49,216 bases of DNA. Origin: Kiritimatiellia bacterium (GTDB lineage Bacteria; Verrucomicrobiota; Kiritimatiellia; RFP12; UBA1067). Each line of letters opens with the position of its first letter. Position 1 is the stretch's first letter. This document shows, piece by piece, positions 10,485 through 19,042 of this stretch. Position numbers and translations under genes: made by a program. Under the pieces are notes generated by a model. That model did not search any database. It saw only the letters and a list, made by a program, of their open reading frames with translations, and was not told the origin of the DNA. The stretch covers positions 1 to 49,216 of the forward strand of contig JAFONM010000046.1 in assembly GCA_017418445.1 (NCBI GenBank), written 5' to 3'.

Positions 10485-10496
10485 GATATAATATCC
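10484..10496 (+). promoter_or_regulatory. extended -10 promoter box TGATATAATATCC for pheS
   Basis: The 13-mer is identical to those at 950 and 19011. AAAAGGTGG SD and ATG 10519 lie downstream. Confidence 0.6.
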
Positions 10497-10518
10497 ATCT
10501 CTCAGAAAAGGTGGCGAA

Positions 10519-11529
10519 ATGACACTTGCAGAACTCGAGAACAACAAGGCCGAGTGCCTGGCGGAAATAGCGGCGGCGTCCGATGCCGCCGTCGTGGAGG
10601 CGCTTCGCGTGAAGTACGTCGGCAGGAACGGGTCGATTCCGGCCCTCATCAAGGGCATGAAGGACGTCCCCAAGGAGGAGCGTCCCGCGTTCGGCAAGGC
10701 CGTGCAGGCCTGGCGCGCGGAGGCGGAGGCCGCCCTTGCCGCGAAGGGCGGCGGCGCGTCCGGCGAGAAGCCGGTCGACGCGGACCTCACGCTCCCGGGG
10801 CGCTGGTGGAGACTTGGCGTCAAGCATCCGCTCTCCCGCGTCATCGAGGAGACGGCGCAGGTCTTCGGCCGCCTCGGCTTCACGGTCGCGGACGGTCCTG
10901 AGCTCGAGAACAGGTTCAACAACTTCACGGCGCTCAACACCCCGGCCCACCATCCGTCGATGGACAGGAGCGACACGTTCTGGTTCGGCGAGGACTGCCT
11001 CCTCAGGACGCAGACGTCCCCCGTGCAGATAAGGACGATGCAGGCGAACAGGCCGCCGGTCAGGGTCATCTGCCCGGGACGCACGTACCGCCGCGACACG
11101 ACGGACGCGACGCACTCCGCGAACTTCCACCAGATAGAGGGGCTCTACGTCGACACGAAGCCGGTATCGCTCGCGGACCTCAAGAGCGTCCTCGCGTACT
11201 TCGCGAAGGAGATGATGGGCTCCGGCGTCACGGTCCGCTTCCGTCCGCACTTCTTCCCGTTCACCGAGCCTTCGGTCGAGGTGGACTTCTCCTGCCACGT
11301 CTGCAAGGGGAAGGGATGCAGTGTCTGCAAGCAGTCCGGATGGATCGAGGTCGCCGGCGCCGGCATGGTCGACCCGCGGGTGTTCAAGTTCGTCGGATAC
11401 GATCCGAAGGAAGTGTCCGGCTACGCGTTCGGTTTCGGCGTGGAGCGCATCGCGATGATCAAGTACGGGATTTCGGACATCCGCTGGCTCTACGAGAACG
11501 ACATTCGCTTCCTCGGGCAGCTCGGCTGA
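10519..11529 (+). CDS. pheS: phenylalanine--tRNA ligase alpha subunit
   Basis: FHQIEGL, GAGMVDP and FGFGVERIAM class II synthetase motifs; 336 aa. Confidence 0.95.
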   Translation: MTLAELENNKAECLAEIAAASDAAVVEALRVKYVGRNGSIPALIKGMKDVPKEERPAFGKAVQAWRAEAEAALAAKGGGASGEKPVDADLTLPGRWWRLGVKHPLSRVIEETAQVFGRLGFTVADGPELENRFNNFTALNTPAHHPSMDRSDTFWFGEDCLLRTQTSPVQIRTMQANRPPVRVICPGRTYRRDTTDATHSANFHQIEGLYVDTKPVSLADLKSVLAYFAKEMMGSGVTVRFRPHFFPFTEPSVEVDFSCHVCKGKGCSVCKQSGWIEVAGAGMVDPRVFKFVGYDPKEVSGYAFGFGVERIAMIKYGISDIRWLYENDIRFLGQLG

Positions 11530-11565
11530 CGAGAAGCGGCGCCTTTGGAGGAAAGGAGGCCGTGA

Positions 11566-12519
11566 ATGATGACGATATACAGATGGGAGAGCGGAGGTCT
11601 CAGGGAGGCCCCCGACTTCGGCACCTCCTGCTGGATCAACCTCGTCGAACCGACCACGACCGAGCTTGAGCGCGTCCTCACGTACTCGAAGGTTCCGCGC
11701 GACTTCCTCACCGACCCCCTCGACGTCGACGAACGTCCGCGCTTCGACTACGACGACGGTGCGCAGATCCTCATCATCCACGTCCCGTGTCCCGTGAACT
11801 CCGAGGACTCGGTCGTCCCGTACAGGACCGTGCCTCTGGGCATCATACTCCTCGGGGAGTCCGTCATCACCGTATGCAGCGCGCGCACGCCCGTGACGAC
11901 GGCGTTCCTCGACCAGATCCGCCGGGTCTGCCCGCCGTCCGACAAGTACCGCTTCGCGTTCCGCCTCATCTGGCACGGAGGAGTGCTCTTCCTCCGCTAC
12001 CTGCACGACATCCACCAGCGCACCATAGCGCTCGAGGACGAGCTGCACGAGTCCATCTCGAACGAGATATTGCTGAAGCTCCTCACGATCGAGAAGACGT
12101 TCGTCTACTTCACGACGTCCCTCAAGGCGGACACCATCGCCCTCGCCCGCGCGAACACTGCCCGCCAGCTCGTCCTCTCGGAGGACGACAGCGACCAGCT
12201 CGAGGACGCGATGGTCGAATACCAGCAGGCGCTCGAGACGGCGACGGTCCACGCGAACATTCTCAACGGAACTCTCGATACTTTCGCGTCGCTCATCAAC
12301 AACAACCTGAACAACGTGATGAAGTACCTGACGGTGGTGACGATCTTTCTCGCCGTTCCGACCCTGGTCACTTCCGCCTACGGAATGAACATCAGGCTTC
12401 CTCTTGTCGGCGGTCCCGGCGACACGACGATCTTCTGGATCCTCGCGGCGATTTCCGCGTGCGCCGCGGGAATAATCGGCATAGTTCTCTTCATCCTCTC
12501 TAAGAAGCGCAAGTTCTGA
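11566..12519 (+). CDS. corA: CorA-family magnesium/cobalt transporter
   Basis: YGMNIRLP (GMN motif) between two C-terminal TM helices. AAAGGAGG lies 6 nt upstream of the ATG. Confidence 0.9.
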   Translation: MMTIYRWESGGLREAPDFGTSCWINLVEPTTTELERVLTYSKVPRDFLTDPLDVDERPRFDYDDGAQILIIHVPCPVNSEDSVVPYRTVPLGIILLGESVITVCSARTPVTTAFLDQIRRVCPPSDKYRFAFRLIWHGGVLFLRYLHDIHQRTIALEDELHESISNEILLKLLTIEKTFVYFTTSLKADTIALARANTARQLVLSEDDSDQLEDAMVEYQQALETATVHANILNGTLDTFASLINNNLNNVMKYLTVVTIFLAVPTLVTSAYGMNIRLPLVGGPGDTTIFWILAAISACAAGIIGIVLFILSKKRKF

Positions 12520-12551
12520 CCTTGCGCCGACAACGGAAAGGCGGCCGGGCG

Positions 12552-13175
12552 ATGTTCATCACGATCGAGGGAGGGGAAGGGTGCGGCAAGACCACGCAGG
12601 TCGGCCGGCTCGTCTCGAGGCTCGAGAGGTCCGGAAGGAAGGCTCTGATGGTCCGCGAACCCGGCGGCACGCGCCTTGCCGAGCTCGTGCGCGGACTCCT
12701 CAAGGACGAACGCGAGGATCCGCCGTGCGACAGGGCCGAGCTTCTCCTTTTCCTCGCCGCCCGCGCGCAGCTCGTCAGGAACGTGATCAAGCCCGCACTT
12801 GCCGACGGCGCGTGGGTGGTCAGCGACAGGTTCTGCGATTCGACGTTCGCGTACCAGGGGTACGGAAGGGGACTTCCGCTCGATATCCTGAGGATTGCAA
12901 ACGATTTCGCCTGCGACGGGCTCCTTCCGGACCGCACCGTCCTCCTCGACGTGGAGCCCGCGGTCGCGCTCGAGCGCATGCGCGAGCGCGCCGCCAGGAC
13001 GAAAGAGTCCGCCGACCGCATAGAGCTCGCGGGCGCCGATTTCCATGCGCGGCTCCGGGAGGGGTTCCTCAGGATGGCCGCGGAGAATCCCGGGAGAATC
13101 TCCGTCGTCGACGCGGCGGGGACGGTAGAGGAGGTCGAGGAGCGGATATGGAAGTCGCTGAAGCTTTCGGTCTAG
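12552..13175 (+). CDS. tmk: thymidylate kinase
   Basis: MFITIEGGEGCGKTTQ P-loop and DRFCDSTFAYQG. ATG 12552 preferred over 12522 because the P-loop then sits at the usual N-terminal position. Confidence 0.92.
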   Translation: MFITIEGGEGCGKTTQVGRLVSRLERSGRKALMVREPGGTRLAELVRGLLKDEREDPPCDRAELLLFLAARAQLVRNVIKPALADGAWVVSDRFCDSTFAYQGYGRGLPLDILRIANDFACDGLLPDRTVLLDVEPAVALERMRERAARTKESADRIELAGADFHARLREGFLRMAAENPGRISVVDAAGTVEEVEERIWKSLKLSV

Positions 13176-13954
13176 TCTCGCACGCGATCGACTCCGGCCG
13201 CGCCGCGCACGGCTACCTGGTCGTCGGCGACCTCCACGGCTCGTGCGACGAATTCGTGGACCTCGTCCTGGGCAGGCTTTCCCTTGCGCTAGGGCATCCG
13301 GACGTCGCCATGCTCAAGCCGCAGGGCAAGAGCCGCACGATCAAGGTCGAGAAGACGCAGGGCGACGACGGTCCCGGAATGCGTGACGGCATAGTCGAGC
13401 CGATGTCGACGTCGTCGTTCTCCGGCGGATGGAAGGTCGGGATAATATCAGGCGCCGACCGCATGCAGGAGGCCGCGGCGAACGCATTCCTCAAGACCCT
13501 CGAGGAGCCTCCGGAGAAGACGCTCTTCCTTCTCCTCACCGACGCGCCCGACGGGATGCTCCCGACGATTGTGTCGCGCACGCAGCGCATCGACCTTCCT
13601 CTTTCCGAAGGGCTGCTGGAAGGGGAGTTCCTCGACGCTGTGTCCGCGGTGTTCGCGTCCGGGAAGCCTCCCGTCGGCGTCTTCGAGCGCTCGCTCGCGG
13701 CGAAGCATCTCGACGCGACGCTGAAGGAACTCGAGGGGTCCGTCGACGACGCGGACGTCGCGCAGGCCAGAAAGGCCTTCTACAAGACCATCATGTCCTT
13801 CGTCCGCGGATGGATGGAGGAGGGACGGCTCGAGCGCTACAAGGCATTCAGGAACATCGAGGCGGTCGAGGAGGCCGCGAGGCGCTCCGACAGGCACGTT
13901 CCCGGCCCGATGGTCCTTGCCTCCATGATGGAGAGGATCGCCTTCCCGTCATGA
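13148..13954 (+). CDS. holB: DNA polymerase III delta-prime subunit
   Basis: ANAFLKTLEEPP and TIVSRTQ motifs; conserved tmk-holB synteny; overlaps the tmk 3' end. Confidence 0.8.
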   Translation: MEVAEAFGLVSHAIDSGRAAHGYLVVGDLHGSCDEFVDLVLGRLSLALGHPDVAMLKPQGKSRTIKVEKTQGDDGPGMRDGIVEPMSTSSFSGGWKVGIISGADRMQEAAANAFLKTLEEPPEKTLFLLLTDAPDGMLPTIVSRTQRIDLPLSEGLLEGEFLDAVSAVFASGKPPVGVFERSLAAKHLDATLKELEGSVDDADVAQARKAFYKTIMSFVRGWMEEGRLERYKAFRNIEAVEEAARRSDRHVPGPMVLASMMERIAFPS

Positions 13955-14886
13955 AGCTTTCGCTTTCGACCAACTGGTGCAACCGCAGAATCGAGTCCGG
14001 CGAGGAGATCGCCGAGAAGGCGCTCGAGCTGGGATTCGACGAACTCGAGCTCGGCTTCCGAACCCGCGGGGAGAGCGTTCCCGGATTCAGGAGGATGCTC
14101 GACCGCATTCCGGTCGGATCGGTCCACGCCTTCTGTCCTGTTCCGCTCTCGGCCCCGTACGGACATCCCGAGCTCTACACGCTCGCGAGCTTCGACGACG
14201 AGGCGCGCGCGATGGCGAGGTTCCAGGTGAAGCGCAGCGTGGAGTTCGCGGCGGATATCGGCGCGGACGTGGTCGTCCTCCACGCGGGGCGCATAGCCTT
14301 CGACACGGTCTTCCGCCGCGGCTTCTCCTCGCAGACCCTCACGGCGGCGCGCAGGAACGTCGATGCCGGCGATGCGAAGTACGCGAAGCTGCTCGCCCGC
14401 GCGCGCAAGGTTCGCGACGCCCGCGCGGCGAAGATGATGGACGTCTTCAGGGCGGAGCTTGACGCGCTCGTCCCCGTGCTTGAAAAGAACCGCGTGACCC
14501 TGGCTCTCGAAAACCTGCCGTACCTCGAGGCGTTCCCCGACGAGTCGGAAATGGCGAAGCTGCGCGCCGCGCTCGGGGACGTCCCTGTGAAGGCGTGGTT
14601 CGACACGGGGCATCATCGCGTCAGGGAGATGCACGGGTGGCTCGCGAAGGATTTCGGGCGCATTCCCGCCGAGAGCGAGTTCAGGGACATCGCGGGGATG
14701 CACCTGAACGACGTCGAGGATTTCTGCGACGATCATCTTCCGCCAGGCGAGGGCAAGGTCGATTTTGCGGCGCTGAAGCCTCTTGCACGCTCCGTGGGGC
14801 ACGTCGTATTCGAGCCGAACTCTTCGGTGAGGGAGGAAGCGCTCTCGAAGGGCCTCGCCCTGATTCGCGGCATCTGGGAGTCCTAG
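13951..14886 (+). CDS. sugar phosphate isomerase/epimerase (xylose isomerase-like TIM barrel)
   Basis: ELGFDELELGF, VVVLHAG, LALENLP and DTGHH metal-ligand pattern. ATGA overlap with the holB stop. Confidence 0.8.
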   Translation: MKLSLSTNWCNRRIESGEEIAEKALELGFDELELGFRTRGESVPGFRRMLDRIPVGSVHAFCPVPLSAPYGHPELYTLASFDDEARAMARFQVKRSVEFAADIGADVVVLHAGRIAFDTVFRRGFSSQTLTAARRNVDAGDAKYAKLLARARKVRDARAAKMMDVFRAELDALVPVLEKNRVTLALENLPYLEAFPDESEMAKLRAALGDVPVKAWFDTGHHRVREMHGWLAKDFGRIPAESEFRDIAGMHLNDVEDFCDDHLPPGEGKVDFAALKPLARSVGHVVFEPNSSVREEALSKGLALIRGIWES

Positions 14887-14903
14887 CGGCGATTCACACC
14901 CCC

Positions 14904-14932
14904 TTGCGGATGTGCAGGATTTAGTGTATAAT
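14904..14932 (+). promoter_or_regulatory. sigma-70-type promoter (-35 TTGCGG, -10 TATAAT)
   Basis: TTGCGG at 14904-14909, a 17-nt spacer and TATAAT at 14927-14932, followed by AAGGAGG and ATG 14958. Confidence 0.5.
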
Positions 14933-14957
14933 CTAGCCAAAGCCAAGGAGGTGCGAC

Positions 14958-15356
14958 ATGTCAGAAGCCGAAGACAGAAAGGATGGGGCGAAGGCGGATC
15001 CCGCCGTCGATACCCAGGATTCCGACGCAGTGATGCAGGACGAGGTCCGCGACACGGACATCAACTTCGACTGTCCCCACTGCGGAGCCAACCAGGTCAT
15101 CGACTATCGCGGTGCGGGCCTGGAGGTCAGGTGCACCTCCTGCGGCGAGAAGATTCTCGTTCCGATTCCGGACGGCATGCTCCTCTCCGATCTCGACCTC
15201 GACGTCGGCGAAGTCCTTCAGCAGCTCTTCACGACGCGGCGCAACTTCCAGAAGGCAGAGCTCAAGATACAGGAGCTCAAGGGGCGCCTCACGCAGCTGC
15301 AGGAGACGCTGGGCGTGATGCAGGACGTCGTCGCGGAAGGGCTTTCGCAGGGTTGA
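14958..15356 (+). CDS. hypothetical zinc-ribbon plus coiled-coil protein
   Basis: CPHCG...CTSCG zinc ribbon, acidic N-terminus and a heptad-like C-terminus; strong SD. Confidence 0.6.
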   Translation: MSEAEDRKDGAKADPAVDTQDSDAVMQDEVRDTDINFDCPHCGANQVIDYRGAGLEVRCTSCGEKILVPIPDGMLLSDLDLDVGEVLQQLFTTRRNFQKAELKIQELKGRLTQLQETLGVMQDVVAEGLSQG

Positions 15357-15982
15357 GCGTCAGGGGCATATTCGTAAACACGCTCACCTTTTCGCGTGTG
15401 CCGCTCATAGTCGCGTGGCTGCTGCTGGCCATTGCGGAGGAGTTCCGTTCGTCGACGGCCTTGATATTCCTGGCTGGCGCGTCGATGTTCCTTGCAGGCA
15501 TCACGGACGCGTTCGACGGTGCGCTTGCGCGCAGATGGAACGTCGTGAGTCCGCTCGGCAAGATGGCGGATCCGCTCATGGACAAGGTGTTCTACGTGGT
15601 CGTGTTCCCGTCGCTCGCGTGGCTCCTGCTGCACCAGGGAGACGGAGTCCACTCGCTCGTCATGCTTGCGTTCGCGATCCTCTACATACTGCGCGACCTC
15701 TGGGTCACGTTCCTCAGGTCCGTAGGGTCGCTCTACGGGGCGGACGGCGCCGCGATGTGGATCGGGAAGGTCCGCACCGCGCTTTCGTTTCCGGCGGCCG
15801 GCTGGGTCTACGTGTACATCGTCTTCAACGATGCCGCATGCCTCTCGGGCTGGCGGACCGCGATGCTCGCGAGCTGCTACGTGGTGGAGGCGCTTATGAT
15901 AGCGCTCAATCTCCTCAGCCTGGTGACGTACACCAAGGCGTATTCCAGGTATCTGAAAAAGGCGATGGAAAATCCCTCTTGA
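15353..15982 (+). CDS. CDP-alcohol phosphatidyltransferase family protein (PgsA-like)
   Basis: The D(x)2DG(x)2AR...G(x)3D(x)3D signature is seen as DAFDGALARRWNVVSPLGKMADPLMDK; multiple TM segments. The start is uncertain: TTG 15353 (TTGA overlap) is the only start-like codon before the first TM. Confidence 0.75.
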   Translation: MSVRGIFVNTLTFSRVPLIVAWLLLAIAEEFRSSTALIFLAGASMFLAGITDAFDGALARRWNVVSPLGKMADPLMDKVFYVVVFPSLAWLLLHQGDGVHSLVMLAFAILYILRDLWVTFLRSVGSLYGADGAAMWIGKVRTALSFPAAGWVYVYIVFNDAACLSGWRTAMLASCYVVEALMIALNLLSLVTYTKAYSRYLKKAMENPS

Positions 15983-15992
15983 AAATAGGCAC

Positions 15993-16021
15993 TTGAAAAT
16001 CGCGCGGTTTTTTGAGATAAT
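15993..16021 (+). promoter_or_regulatory. sigma-70-type promoter (-35 TTGAAA, extended -10 TGAGATAAT) for the prepilin-type gene
   Basis: TTGAAA at 15993-15998, a 17-nt spacer and GATAAT at 16016-16021 preceded by TGA. Confidence 0.55.
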
Positions 16022-16060
16022 AGAGCCACCAAAAACAATAATCCCAAGGAAGGGCAAAAA

Positions 16061-16792
16061 ATGAAGAAAACACGCAAGGGTTTCACGCTGGTCGAGCTGC
16101 TGGTCGTCATCGGCATTCTCGGCATTCTTATGGGCGCTCTCTATCCGAAGATCGCCGAGGCCATGCTCAAGTCCAACATGAGCACGTTCGCCATGAACGG
16201 CAAGAAGATCGTGGACGGCATAATCATCGCGAACACGGACCGCATCGCCAAGGGCAAGCCCTCGATATGGCCGCACCTCACGGCCGCCGACGGTCTCTCC
16301 ACCGATACCGAGGACATCGCCGGCATGACGTTCGGCACGTCCACCGAGTACTTCAAGGAGCTCTACAACATCGAGAAGCAGACGAGCTCCGACGAGTGGG
16401 ATCCCTACGTGAGCGGCTACGAGTCCTCGACCCTCTCCGGCGCGGGAGTTCCGAGCGCGCAGCCCGGCCAGCTCGAGCAGGCCAACAACGCCTGGAAGGT
16501 CGTCGCCGGCATGACCGACGAAATGGGCGACTTCGTCCCCGTGCTCGTCTCCCGCAACGCCGACACTTCGCAGTTCGCGCTGAGCGGCCAGAACGACATG
16601 TCCAGCCAGAAGACCCGCATCTCCCTCGGCAAGACCTTCCCGCAGCCTTTCGGCAACAAGGGATGCGTCATCCTGTTCAAGGGCGGCGGCGCCAAGACCT
16701 TCCTCGCGCACGACTGCCGTCTGACGGACATCTACAACGCGAACAGCTTCACGATTCCCGACGGAATCACGATGAAGTACCTCGAGCCCTGA
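16061..16792 (+). CDS. prepilin-type N-terminal cleavage/methylation domain protein (pseudopilin-like)
   Basis: MKKTRKGFTLVELLVVIGILGIL is a class III signal peptide (G/F cleavage site, E at +5); 243 aa. Confidence 0.85.
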   Translation: MKKTRKGFTLVELLVVIGILGILMGALYPKIAEAMLKSNMSTFAMNGKKIVDGIIIANTDRIAKGKPSIWPHLTAADGLSTDTEDIAGMTFGTSTEYFKELYNIEKQTSSDEWDPYVSGYESSTLSGAGVPSAQPGQLEQANNAWKVVAGMTDEMGDFVPVLVSRNADTSQFALSGQNDMSSQKTRISLGKTFPQPFGNKGCVILFKGGGAKTFLAHDCRLTDIYNANSFTIPDGITMKYLEP

Positions 16793-16795
16793 CGA

Positions 16796-18958
16796 ATGCT
16801 CGCGCGGGTCGCCATCGACCTTGCGCTCGACAGGCTCTTCGACTACGAGGTGCCTGATGGGCTGAAGAAGAAGCTGGCCGTCGGCCAGCTTCTTCTCGTT
16901 CCTTTCGGACGCCGCGAAGCCCGCGGATTCGCGATGGAGATACTTCCTGACGGAGCCGAATCCGAGTATGACCTGAAGCCCGTGAAGTCGATTGTCGACG
17001 AAACGCCGTTCTTTACGTCGAACCTCCTCGAGCTCGCAAGGTCCATCGCCTCCTACACCGCATCCCCCATAGAGAGCGCGCTCAGGACCGCCGTCCCCGC
17101 CGCTGTCCTCAGACCCGGCGCGAAGCCGCGCGAGCTAGTCTTCGTCGAGCCCGCCCTCGCCGCCGGAGACGTCTCCGTCACGAAGCGCCAGCAGTGGCTC
17201 TACGAACAGATCGTCAGGCTCGGCGGAGGATGGATGCAGCAGCTCTGCCGCGAACTGAAGACGACGCCTTCGACGATCAGGGAGCTCGGCGTCAAGGGAC
17301 TCGTCACGGTGAAGCTCCGTGAGCGGAGAAGGGATCCGCTCGTCGGACGGCGCGTCCTGCCGTCCAGGCCGCTTCCGCTGAACGACGGACAGAGGGCGGC
17401 CCTCGACGCGGTTCTTTCGTCCGACAGGCCGGTCCTCCTCCACGGGGTCACCGGGTCCGGAAAGACCGAGGTCTACCTGCAGGCGATAGCCGCGGTGCTC
17501 GAGCGCGGACGCGGGGCGATAGTTATGGTCCCCGAGATAGCGCTCACTCCCCAGACCGTCCAGCGCTTCGTGTCGCGGTTCGGGGACTGCGTCGCAGTCC
17601 TCCATTCCGCGCTCTCGGATGGCGAACGCTACGACGAGTGGCACAGGATCCGCGGCGGAAAGGCGCGCGTCGTGATCGGCCCCAGGAGCGCCGTCTTCGC
17701 GCCGGTCCGCGACCTCGGACTCATCGTCGTAGACGAGGAGCACGAGACAAGCTACAAGCAGGACGAGACTCCGCGCTACAACGCGCGCGACGTCGCAGTG
17801 ATGCGCGGCGCCATAGAAGGGGCGCGCGTTATCCTCGGGTCCGCCACTCCGTCCCTCGAGAGCTGGGCGAACGTCAGCCGCGGAAAGTACGTCCTCGCGT
17901 CGATGCCGGCGCGCGCCGGCGCCGGCACGCCGCCGCGCACGCTCGTCGTGGACATGGACGTTCCCGACAACAGGGGCAGGATATTCTCGAAGGAACTCCT
18001 CGACGCGCTCCGGCTCAGGCTCGACCGCGGCGAGCAGTCGATACTCTTCCTCAACAGGCGCGGATGGGCGAGGAGCGTGAGGTGCGAGGACTGCGGACAC
18101 GTCCTCGAATGTCCCGACTGCTCCGTCCCCTACACGTACCACCGCGCCGACTCGTGCTGCAGGTGCCACGTGTGCGGCGGATGGATTCCGGTTCCTTCGG
18201 AATGTCCCGAATGCCGTTCGCGCAGGCTCGACTACCGCGGCATCGGGACGCAGCGCGCGGAGGAGGCGCTTTCAAAATGCCTCCCGCGCGCGAGGATACT
18301 TCGCATGGACGCGGACTCCACGAGCCGCAGGAATTCACACGACGACATCCTCGGCGCTTTCCGCAGGCACGAGGCGGACGTCCTCCTCGGGACGCAGATG
18401 ATTGCGAAGGGGCTCGACTTCCCGAACGTGACGCTCGTAGGCGTCCTCAATGCGGACAGCTCGCTCTCGATGCCTGACTTCCGCGCGGCCGAGCGCACGT
18501 TCCAGCTGCTCGCGCAGGTCTCCGGACGCGCGGGACGCGCCGAGCTCCCGGGCGACGCCATCATCCAGACGTACAACTGCTCGTCGCCCGTCATCCTCGC
18601 CGCGGCGAAAGGCGATTTCGCCGCGTTCGCCGCCGAGGAGCTCGCCGACAGGAAGGAGGCATGGTATCCGCCGTTCTGCCATCTGTCGGCGGTTTTGATG
18701 AGCTCGAAGGATCCGAAGCTTGTCGCGGACTGGGCTGGCATGTATTCGAAATCGCTTTCGAAGATCAAGGGACTGACGGTCGGCGAGGCCGTCCCGTGCG
18801 CACTCGAGAAGGCGGAGGGGCGCTATCGCTGGCAGATCGTCGTCAGGTCGGCGAGCGCCGGCGCGGCCGTCCGTGCGTGGAAGTGGCTCGTAGGGGTGCG
18901 CCCGCCGCCCCCGGCGCTCAGGGTCGCCATAGACGTCGACGCCATAAGCCTCGTCTAG
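16796..18958 (+). CDS. priA: primosomal protein N' (replication restart helicase)
   Basis: HGVTGSGKTEVY Walker A, DEEH box and a Cys-rich zinc insertion CEDCG..CPDC..CHVCG..CPEC. Confidence 0.93.
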   Translation: MLARVAIDLALDRLFDYEVPDGLKKKLAVGQLLLVPFGRREARGFAMEILPDGAESEYDLKPVKSIVDETPFFTSNLLELARSIASYTASPIESALRTAVPAAVLRPGAKPRELVFVEPALAAGDVSVTKRQQWLYEQIVRLGGGWMQQLCRELKTTPSTIRELGVKGLVTVKLRERRRDPLVGRRVLPSRPLPLNDGQRAALDAVLSSDRPVLLHGVTGSGKTEVYLQAIAAVLERGRGAIVMVPEIALTPQTVQRFVSRFGDCVAVLHSALSDGERYDEWHRIRGGKARVVIGPRSAVFAPVRDLGLIVVDEEHETSYKQDETPRYNARDVAVMRGAIEGARVILGSATPSLESWANVSRGKYVLASMPARAGAGTPPRTLVVDMDVPDNRGRIFSKELLDALRLRLDRGEQSILFLNRRGWARSVRCEDCGHVLECPDCSVPYTYHRADSCCRCHVCGGWIPVPSECPECRSRRLDYRGIGTQRAEEALSKCLPRARILRMDADSTSRRNSHDDILGAFRRHEADVLLGTQMIAKGLDFPNVTLVGVLNADSSLSMPDFRAAERTFQLLAQVSGRAGRAELPGDAIIQTYNCSSPVILAAAKGDFAAFAAEELADRKEAWYPPFCHLSAVLMSSKDPKLVADWAGMYSKSLSKIKGLTVGEAVPCALEKAEGRYRWQIVVRSASAGAAVRAWKWLVGVRPPPPALRVAIDVDAISLV

Positions 18959-19010
18959 GTGAACTGCAAAACCTATCGTATCCCCAGAGCCGCCGCTGCG
19001 GCGTCAAAAA

Positions 19011-19023
19011 TGATATAATATCC
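19011..19023 (+). promoter_or_regulatory. extended -10 promoter box TGATATAATATCC for serS
   Basis: Identical 13-mer, preceded by an A5 run. AAGGAGA SD and ATG 19043 lie downstream. Confidence 0.6.
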
Positions 19024-19042
19024 AGACAAGGAGAATACTGCA

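Noticed and set aside
12522-12551. Upstream ATG 12522 as the tmk start
   Set aside because: It adds 10 Arg/Lys/Gly-rich residues before the conserved MFITIEGGEGCGKT N-terminus. Homologous Tmk proteins begin right at the P-loop strand, so 12552 is preferred.
18983-19010. 5-bp GC hairpin (GCCGC-CGCT-GCGGC) after priA as an intrinsic terminator
   Set aside because: The stem is short and is followed by an A-run, not a U-run, on the coding strand. It may contribute to the promoter-upstream inverted-repeat pattern but is not convincing as a terminator.
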